NCBI GenBank assembly: GCA_938015575.1 | Contig: CALLPT010000100.1 | Location: 1 to 48,262 of the forward strand | Source: an uncultured Acidimicrobiales bacterium | GTDB lineage: Bacteria > Actinomycetota > Acidimicrobiia > Acidimicrobiales > UBA10347 | Length of the DNA stretch: 48,262 bases | Reading direction: 5' to 3' | Part shown: positions 17,006-23,913 of the stretch, one piece after another | Layout of the letters: each line of letters starts with the position of its first letter | Numbering within the stretch: position 1 is the first letter of the stretch | Translations under genes and position numbers: made by a program | Notes under the pieces: generated by a model | Told to the model about the DNA's origin: nothing | What the model saw: the letters and a program-made list of their open reading frames with translations, nothing else | Database searches by the model: none

Positions 17006-17106
17006 GGGCCAGGTTCGCCAGCATCGCTGGCGCGACAAGGCACTAGGGGACTGTTCCTCAACGGGGTGCCGATTCCGAGGACCTGCGGAGCGCTACCGTA
17101 CGGAGC

Positions 17107-19581
17107 GTGCTGACCTTCTTCTCGAGGGTAATTCGGCTGTTCCTCGTCGTGACGTTGCTTGGCACGACGGTGGTGGCAGCCGGTGCCGCCGTCGCCCCCC
17201 GCATCTTTGATCTCAAGAACGCTGTCGACGGCGAAGCCGCGTTCGAAATCACGCTGTCGGCCCTCGACACTCGCAGCGAGCTTTACGACAAAGACGGCAA
17301 CTTGATCCACCGGTTCAGTACCGACGGTTCCAACCGCGAGTTGCTCACCCTCGAAGACATGCCCGAGCAGCTGATCACCTCGGTTGTCACTGTCGAAGAC
17401 GCCGAGTTCTGGAACCATCCCGGTGTGAACCTTCGGGCGACGTTCCGTGCCCTCGTCGAAAACGTCGGCGCGGGCGGTATCTCCCAAGGTGGCTCGACGA
17501 TCAGCCAGCAGCTCGTGAAGCAACAGGTGCTCGAAGACGACGAGCCGTCGATCCCTCGCAAGATCCGCGAAGCCGTGGTGTCGTGGCGGATGGAAGAGGT
17601 GCTCAGCAAAGAAGAGATCCTCGAGGCCTACCTGAACAGCGTCTACTTCGGCGAGGGCGCCTATGGCGTGCAGGCTGCAGCCGAGGTCTACTTCGGCAAA
17701 GACGCCAAAGAACTCGACTGGCCTGAAACCGCGATGCTGGCCTCGCTGATCTCGAGCCCGGCCACGTACAACCCGTTTCTGAACCCCGACGAGGCTCTGC
17801 GTCAGCGTTCGATCGTGTTCAACCGGCTCGTCGACGTCGGGGCGATCGACCAAGAACAAGCCCGCTTCTACAACCGAGTGCCGCTTCCGGAGAAGAGCAA
17901 CACGATCGAAGACGTCCCGCCCGAGGACTACTACGTCGCCGAAGTCCGGCGCCGATTTCTCGACGGCGATCTCATCGCCAACCAAAGCCCTGACTTGATC
18001 GATGCGATCGGCGAGACACGAGATGAGCGAATCACCGCGCTCTTCCGGGGCGGCTTGCGGATCTACACGACCTATGACCGGGCGGCCCAGAGCGAGGCCG
18101 AGCGGGCTCGCGACGAGGTCGTCCCTGAACTCGACCCATCTGACGACCGCGAGTTCACGATGGCGATCGCCGCGATCGAACCCGAGAGTGGTGCGGTGCG
18201 AGCGCTGGTCGGCGGGCCACGGTTTCAGGACCGCAAGTTCAACCTCGCTACCCAGGGTGACCGTCAGCCAGGTTCGTCGTTCAAGACGTTTGTGCTGGTG
18301 GCGGCCCTCGAGAACGGCTACATCCCCGACGACACCGTCTCGGGAATCGGGCCGTGTCAGTTCGACAACCCCGGCGCCGTCGACCCGATCTACGAGGTCA
18401 CGAACTTCGGCAACTCTGGCGGCAGCGTCGACACGTTGACCAACCAGGTCACCCGCTCCTCGAACTGTGCGTTCGTCCGTCTTGGCAAGGTCCTCGGGAT
18501 CCCCAACGTCATTGAGACGGCGGTCCGGCTGGGAGTCAACCTCGACCCCGAGCGTGACAACAACCTGTCGCTTCCCCTTGGTGCCACCGAGGTCCGACCG
18601 CTAGAAGTCGCCAGCGCCTACGCGACGATTGCGAATGGTGGTGTGCGCCACGAGCCGTACTACATCGAGCGGATCGAGGACTCGAAGGGCAACGTCCTCT
18701 ATGAGCGAATCCCCGAAGGCAACCGCGTGCTTGGCGCCGATGTCGCCTGCATGGCGACCGAGGTGCTGGAGCAGAACGTGATCCGTGGCACCGGAACTCG
18801 AGCCCAAGTGGTCGATCAACCCGCTGGCGGCAAGACCGGCACTACCGAGAACTTCAGCGACGCATGGTTTGTCGGATTCACGCCCCAGCTCGCCACCGCC
18901 GTCTGGATGGGCAACCCCGAAGCACGTGTCGAGATGGAGAACGTCGGCGGGCGAAATGTCACCGGCGGGTCCTATCCGGCCGAGGCGTGGGGCCAGTTCA
19001 TGAACGCCTATCACGAGCAGCTCGAGTCGGTTCCCTTCCCCGACTGTCCCGAGCCTTCGCGGCCCGGACGCTTCATTCGCGAAGATGGCGAGCTGAGTTC
19101 GCAGAACCCGTGTGCGGCCTATCCCGGCTACTCGCCGACAGACACCACCGGTGATGGCACCGTGGACCAGTGCATCGTCAATCCGGGTGCCTACGGCTAC
19201 GTGCGGTGTGGAGCCTTTGAGACCGAGAACGGGGTGCTGCTCGAACAGTTCTGCAATCCGGCGTTTGCCGGTCGATCCGGTGCCGGGGCAGGGGCCGCCG
19301 GACAACGGGGCGTGCAGTGCAATCCTGGGGCGCGGCCGGTCGATATCAACGGCGACGGCTTCGCCGACACGTGCGCACCCGACCCGGCCCAACAAGCCCA
19401 ACAGTCAACGCAGTGCGATCCTGGCTATGTGCCCCAAGACACCAACGGTGACGGTCGTCCCGATGTCTGCCAGTTCGTCGGTGGGCAGCAGCAACAGAAC
19501 AATCCGTGTCCGGCCGGCTTCCCCTATGGCAAGGACACCAACGGCGACGGGGCCATCGATACCTGCTACTCGGCCCCCTAG
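17107..19581 (+). CDS. Class A penicillin-binding protein (GT51 transglycosylase plus transpeptidase) with a Cys-rich DTNGDG-repeat C-terminal extension
   Basis: GTG start and an N-terminal TM anchor. GT51 motifs: EDAEFWNHPG, GGSTISQQLVK. Transpeptidase motifs: SSFK (SxxK), SSN (SxN), KTGT. The last about 155 aa carry four Cys-flanked D-x-(T/N)-G-D-G-x-x-D-x-C motifs. Confidence 0.9.
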   Translation: MLTFFSRVIRLFLVVTLLGTTVVAAGAAVAPRIFDLKNAVDGEAAFEITLSALDTRSELYDKDGNLIHRFSTDGSNRELLTLEDMPEQLITSVVTVEDAEFWNHPGVNLRATFRALVENVGAGGISQGGSTISQQLVKQQVLEDDEPSIPRKIREAVVSWRMEEVLSKEEILEAYLNSVYFGEGAYGVQAAAEVYFGKDAKELDWPETAMLASLISSPATYNPFLNPDEALRQRSIVFNRLVDVGAIDQEQARFYNRVPLPEKSNTIEDVPPEDYYVAEVRRRFLDGDLIANQSPDLIDAIGETRDERITALFRGGLRIYTTYDRAAQSEAERARDEVVPELDPSDDREFTMAIAAIEPESGAVRALVGGPRFQDRKFNLATQGDRQPGSSFKTFVLVAALENGYIPDDTVSGIGPCQFDNPGAVDPIYEVTNFGNSGGSVDTLTNQVTRSSNCAFVRLGKVLGIPNVIETAVRLGVNLDPERDNNLSLPLGATEVRPLEVASAYATIANGGVRHEPYYIERIEDSKGNVLYERIPEGNRVLGADVACMATEVLEQNVIRGTGTRAQVVDQPAGGKTGTTENFSDAWFVGFTPQLATAVWMGNPEARVEMENVGGRNVTGGSYPAEAWGQFMNAYHEQLESVPFPDCPEPSRPGRFIREDGELSSQNPCAAYPGYSPTDTTGDGTVDQCIVNPGAYGYVRCGAFETENGVLLEQFCNPAFAGRSGAGAGAAGQRGVQCNPGARPVDINGDGFADTCAPDPAQQAQQSTQCDPGYVPQDTNGDGRPDVCQFVGGQQQQNNPCPAGFPYGKDTNGDGAIDTCYSAP

Positions 19582-19591
19582 CGAACCCGCC

Positions 19592-19638
19592 GCCTCAACC
19601 GAAATTGAGGCAGTTTGGGGGTCTCCGCCACCCCCAAA
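19592..19638 (+). terminator. Two adjacent hairpins downstream of the PBP gene (putative terminator)
   Basis: Hairpin A is gcctcaa-ccgaaa-ttgaggc (19592-19611). Hairpin B is tttgggggt-ctccgcc-acccccaaa (19614-19638, 9-bp stem). They start 11 nt after the stop at 19581. Confidence 0.45.
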
Positions 19639-19694
19639 GGGCATCAATTTCGGGAGATGCTGCATGCGGGGGCTGGACGGGCCACACTGAGAGC

Positions 19695-20408
19695 ATGACG
19701 CTTGCCCAGCTCTTGGTTGTCCAGGCACACGATTCGGCGATCGATCGACTCCGCCATCAGCGCACCGTGCTGCCCGAATTTCAGGCGTTGGCCGACTGCG
19801 ACGAAGAGCGAGCTCACATCGAGACGCAACGCGGAGAAGCGGCCGAACGACGCCATGCCCTCGGCCGCGAGCAGAAGCGCCACGAAGACGACGTCGCCCT
19901 CATCGAAGAACGGCGCAACAAGGAGAACGAACGCCTCTACTCCGGCACGGTGACCGCGCACAAGGACCTGCAAGCCATTCAGGCAGAGCTGGACGTGCTT
20001 GCCGAACGCCAAGAGGGGATCGAGGATCAGGTTCTCGAGCTGATGGAGGCGATCGAGCCGGTCGACGCTGAGCTGGCAGACTTCGACGCCAAGCTCGCTG
20101 AGGTCGCGGCCCGACGGGCAACCGTCGCACAATCGCTTGCGGACAGCGAAGCCACCATCGATGCGCAGATCGAGGCCGAAACGGCGGCACGGGCCGACGC
20201 GATTGTCGACGTCGAAGCGCCGCTCGTGGCCGAATACGAGCGTTGCCGGGCTGATCTGGGTGGGGTCGGCATCGCCCGCCTCAATCAGAAAACCTGCGAG
20301 GGCTGCCATCTGCAACTTTCGGCCGTCGACTACGACCGTGTGCGCAAAGAACCCAGCGACGCGGTGCTGCATTGCCCGGAGTGCGAACGCATCCTCGTAC
20401 GCGACTGA
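19695..20408 (+). CDS. Zinc-ribbon coiled-coil protein (COG1579 / C4-type zinc ribbon, Rv2229c-like)
   Basis: Start at ATG 19695 (MTLAQLLVVQAHDSAIDRL...). A long helical hairpin region is followed by CEGCH...19 aa...CPECERIL, two CxxC pairs. The upstream 63 aa of the track ORF overlap the terminator hairpins. Confidence 0.75.
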   Translation: MTLAQLLVVQAHDSAIDRLRHQRTVLPEFQALADCDEERAHIETQRGEAAERRHALGREQKRHEDDVALIEERRNKENERLYSGTVTAHKDLQAIQAELDVLAERQEGIEDQVLELMEAIEPVDAELADFDAKLAEVAARRATVAQSLADSEATIDAQIEAETAARADAIVDVEAPLVAEYERCRADLGGVGIARLNQKTCEGCHLQLSAVDYDRVRKEPSDAVLHCPECERILVRD

Positions 20409-20415
20409 CGCCCCA

Positions 20416-20895
20416 ATGTTCCTTTGGTTCCTCGGAGTGTCGTTCGCGCTCGTCCTGATGGTCTTCGACTCACCGCTGCTGGATTATCGCCTCGTCATGC
20501 TCGGCTCGGTCGTGCCATGGCTTGACCGTCTCTGGGCACCGCCGTCGGTGCTGCACAGCGTGCTGGCTCCGGTGCTGGTGATGTGCGCCGTCATGGTGGC
20601 GTTTCGTGGTCAGCGGCTGCGACAGCGCCGCTGGCTTGGCCTCGCGATCGGCATGTTCATGCACCTGCTCCTCGCGGCGACCTTCACCAGCGGCGAACTG
20701 TTCTGGTGGCCGGCGCTCGGGTTCGACCTGGCAGGCCAGGAACCGAGAACACCAGGAGCCGGTCTGGCGATCGTGCTCGAGATCGTCGGGCTTGTCGTTC
20801 TCGTGTGGCTTGTTCGCCGCCTGGGCCTGGCGCAGCCGGACCGCCGTGACCTGTTTGTTCGGACCGGCCACATCGACCGGGCCGCGTTGCGATGA
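20416..20895 (+). CDS. Hypothetical integral membrane protein (about 4 TM)
   Basis: Start at ATG 20416 (MFLWFLGVSFALVLMVF...), 8 nt after the preceding stop. It is strongly hydrophobic. No family recognised. Confidence 0.55.
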   Translation: MFLWFLGVSFALVLMVFDSPLLDYRLVMLGSVVPWLDRLWAPPSVLHSVLAPVLVMCAVMVAFRGQRLRQRRWLGLAIGMFMHLLLAATFTSGELFWWPALGFDLAGQEPRTPGAGLAIVLEIVGLVVLVWLVRRLGLAQPDRRDLFVRTGHIDRAALR

Positions 20896-20935
20896 GCCGA
20901 CCACCGGTGCCCGAACGTGTTCAAGAGGAGAACCA

Positions 20936-21514
20936 ATGCTGATCATGTTGCGCCACGGCCGAACCGAGGCGAATGCTCGTGGGCTTCTGCAAGGCCGCAT
21001 TGACCCGCCGCTCGATGAGCTTGGCCGCCAGCAAGCGGCTGCGGCCGCTGCGTGGCTGGGCGACGTCGACCGGGTCATCGCCAGCCCATTACAGCGAGCG
21101 CAAGAGACCGCCGCTGCGTTCGGCGTCCAGATCGAGACCGACGATCGGTTCATCGAACTCGACTACGGCGAGTGGGAGGGCCGCCCGGTTCAAGACGTGC
21201 CGGCTGAGACCTGGCAAGCCTGGCGCAGCGATCTCGACTTCCGCCCTCCGGCAGGCGAAACCCTCAACGAGCTCGGATCCCGCGTGCGCACCGCCCTCGA
21301 CGAACTCGTGGCCCAAGCCGAACGAAGCAACGTGGTCGTCGTCAGCCACGTGTCGCCGATCAAGGCCTCGGTGGCGTGGGCGCTCGATGTCACTGATCAC
21401 GCGACCTGGCGCACTCGACTTGGGCAGGCTTCGATCTGTCAGATTGGGTTCAACGCGGGACTGCCCCAGCTCACCGAGTTCAACACCACCGCCCACCTGG
21501 CCGGCCTGGTGTAG
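20936..21514 (+). CDS. Histidine phosphatase family protein (phosphoglycerate mutase-like / CobC-like)
   Basis: Start at ATG 20936, preceded by aagaggag. Motifs: LRHGRTEAN (RHG motif), SPLQRAQETA, ELDYGEWEG, VVVSHVSPIK (second catalytic His). Confidence 0.8.
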   Translation: MLIMLRHGRTEANARGLLQGRIDPPLDELGRQQAAAAAAWLGDVDRVIASPLQRAQETAAAFGVQIETDDRFIELDYGEWEGRPVQDVPAETWQAWRSDLDFRPPAGETLNELGSRVRTALDELVAQAERSNVVVVSHVSPIKASVAWALDVTDHATWRTRLGQASICQIGFNAGLPQLTEFNTTAHLAGLV

Positions 21515-21524
21515 CTCGGATTGA

Positions 21525-23900
21525 TCAGCCGGTCGGGCGGCGCATTTCGTCTAGTTCGCGCTCAAGTCGTGTGATCCGGGCGCTGAGTTCGGCCTCGCGT
21601 CGGGCGGACTCGCGCACGCGTTCTTCGGCCGACGCTGTCGCTTCGCGTACCCGTTCCTCGGCGTGGTTCCGGTGCTTGGCAACGAGCGCCTCGAGTTCGG
21701 CCAGCTGGGTCGACCGATCCTCGATCGCTCGATCGACGGCCTGATGCGCTTCGGCCGTGCGGCGTACGACATCGTCTCGCAGAGCGGCGTTGCGCTCCTT
21801 TTCGCCAGTGAGCGATTTCTTGGCCATCGCAAGCTCGTCGCGCAACGTCTGTTCGGTCTCGTTGTGTTTTTGCTGTGCGAAACGCAGCTGCTTGCGGACA
21901 TTGGTGAGTTCCGCCCGGTACTGACGCTCGGCTTGACGTAGCTCTTCGAGCTCGGTCGTCTGGCGCTTGTCAGCCGCTCGGAGGTCCGAGATCGTCTGCT
22001 TGGTGAGGCGCACCTGACGAGTCGTCTCTTGTTCCGCAAGCGCCCGGGCCTTGGTCATCTCTTCGCGATGACGTTCGGCTAGTCGGGCCAGGTCCGCCTT
22101 GTGACGATCACGCTCGCGATTGAGCGCCTGGTCGTATTCGGTGTGCTGGCGGTCGAGCGCGGCCTGATGTTCGGCGCGACCTGCCGCGAGCAGGTCGTCG
22201 AGCTCCGTGCGGCTATCGGCGAGTGAGCGACGGTTGAGGAGGTCGGCCGCGTCGAGCTGGTCTCGGAACTCGCGTCGCGCATTGTCGAGCGCTCGATCCG
22301 CGGCATCGCGTTCGTTCGTGATTTCGCGGACGTGGGCGATCCGCTCCGATTCGAGCTGGCCCCGCAAGGTGGAGATCTCGGCTTCGAGTGCCTCGGCCTG
22401 GGCCTGGAGGTCGCCGATGCGGTGCTGGTCATCGCCCGACAGCCGCTTGACCTGGGCTGCGGCGATCCGAGCAGCTTTGCGAGCATCGGCGAGTTCGCGC
22501 TTGAGGTCGCCCTGCTGGCGTTCGAAGTCAGCCTCGACGTTGCCGAGCGTCTCGGTGTGCTCGAGAACGAGATCATTGATGCGCGCCTCGTAGCTCGTGC
22601 GCAGCTCTTCGAGCTCGCGTTCAGCATCGATGCGTGCCCGGATCTCCGAGTGTGGTTCACGAACCATGGCTTCTTCTGGCTCGGGGATGGCCATTGGGGC
22701 GGCAACGGCATCGACGGGCGCCTCGGCGCGCGATGGCGGTTGCGAGTGAGCGGTCTCGGAGCTCTGGTCGGGCACCTCGTCGGCTGATCGCCAGGCCGTC
22801 GATGAAGCAGGTGGGCGGGCCACCATCGAACTCGCCGCAGACGAGAACGCATTTGAACGCGAGTCATCGGGCGATGCGGGCTCGGTCGGCCCAGATGCCG
22901 TTCCGATGATCCGAATGTCGTCGGCAACCGCTTGTCCGACTACCAGGTCGACGCGCGCACTCGATGGAGCACGCTCGCTGACGGGGGTGCGCCCCCCAAA
23001 GGGAGCCGCGGTGGTCGTCGGAGCACGATTGGACATCGGTGATCTTTCGGAAGAGACGGCATCGGATGAACGCGATGTCGGCGGGTTGGACTGGGCCGGT
23101 GGGCCGGACTGGGCCGATGGGCTGGAAAGGGGAGCATCGGGAGCGCCTGCAGGGGTAACGATCGCGTAGTCGCCGCGCACATCGAGCGTCGGGGCTTGCG
23201 ATCCGACGAAGACATCATTGGCTGTGACTTCAGCCGCGACATCATCGGCCGCATGGGCTGACAACGGCCCTGGCGCATCGTCGGGTGCTTCGGCCAGGGT
23301 GCTCAAACCAGCCGACGGGGCCATTGCCGGGCGGATCGGTGCGGGCCGCTCTGCGGGTTCCGATCGGGTCCGAGTTGGCAGCGCAGCTCGCAAGCTTCGT
23401 CCCGCGCTGACCGCGAAGCCCACGGCTGCGCCCAAGAGCGATCCCAGGAGCACATGGGCCATGCGGCTAGGAGCAACCGGTGTCGGGTTCGGTTCAGCAG
23501 GGTCGGCGACGCGCACCGACGTTGTAGTTTGCGACTGCTCGTAGAACTGGGCGACCAAGTTCGCGGCGTTGGCGGCATCGTCGGGATCGTTGGCGCGCAC
23601 GATGATGCTCAGAAGGTCGGCAACGTCGTTTGGCTCGACCTCGATATCGGGAGCGAAGCCGAGCGATGCGGTAGCCGGCGAGAGCACTCGATCGGAAGTG
23701 ATCAGCGCAACCTCGTCGCCCATCGTGCCGAGCGGATTGTTCACGCTGACAATGGTCCGGGCCTCGTAGACGGGTTCACGGACACTGAAAATGAACAGCC
23801 CGATGACGAGCCCGGCGAGCGCGAAACCAGCGACCACCCAGCGCGAGGCAAAGGCCTCGAGCGACGCCGCAGAACCCCTGTCACTCACGTTTTGAGACAC
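21525..23900 (-). CDS. Membrane-anchored coiled-coil protein: Wzz/CpsC-like two-TM hairpin, Pro/Ser/Ala-rich disordered linker and about 380-aa coiled coil (paralog 2 of a tandem pair)
   Basis: 791 aa. TM1 is WVVAGFALAGLVIGLFIFSV, followed by PVYEARTIVSV (the P-x-Y-x-A motif typical of the polysaccharide co-polymerase N-terminus). A loop of about 100 aa leads to TM2, HVLLGSLLGAAVGFAVSAG. About 230 aa of low-complexity P/S/A sequence follow, then continuous R/E/A/L/Q/D-rich helical sequence to the C-terminus. GTG start, 13 nt after the upstream gene's stop. Confidence 0.7.
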   Translation of the reverse strand: MSQNVSDRGSAASLEAFASRWVVAGFALAGLVIGLFIFSVREPVYEARTIVSVNNPLGTMGDEVALITSDRVLSPATASLGFAPDIEVEPNDVADLLSIIVRANDPDDAANAANLVAQFYEQSQTTTSVRVADPAEPNPTPVAPSRMAHVLLGSLLGAAVGFAVSAGRSLRAALPTRTRSEPAERPAPIRPAMAPSAGLSTLAEAPDDAPGPLSAHAADDVAAEVTANDVFVGSQAPTLDVRGDYAIVTPAGAPDAPLSSPSAQSGPPAQSNPPTSRSSDAVSSERSPMSNRAPTTTAAPFGGRTPVSERAPSSARVDLVVGQAVADDIRIIGTASGPTEPASPDDSRSNAFSSAASSMVARPPASSTAWRSADEVPDQSSETAHSQPPSRAEAPVDAVAAPMAIPEPEEAMVREPHSEIRARIDAERELEELRTSYEARINDLVLEHTETLGNVEADFERQQGDLKRELADARKAARIAAAQVKRLSGDDQHRIGDLQAQAEALEAEISTLRGQLESERIAHVREITNERDAADRALDNARREFRDQLDAADLLNRRSLADSRTELDDLLAAGRAEHQAALDRQHTEYDQALNRERDRHKADLARLAERHREEMTKARALAEQETTRQVRLTKQTISDLRAADKRQTTELEELRQAERQYRAELTNVRKQLRFAQQKHNETEQTLRDELAMAKKSLTGEKERNAALRDDVVRRTAEAHQAVDRAIEDRSTQLAELEALVAKHRNHAEERVREATASAEERVRESARREAELSARITRLERELDEMRRPTG

Positions 23901-23913
23901 TAGTTGCTAGGAA

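Noticed and set aside
16906-17985. 359-aa minus-strand ORF
   Set aside because: It is antisense to the N-terminal (transglycosylase) part of the class A PBP gene, which has all canonical GT51 motifs. It also overlaps the sRNA/terminator hairpins and has no motif of its own.
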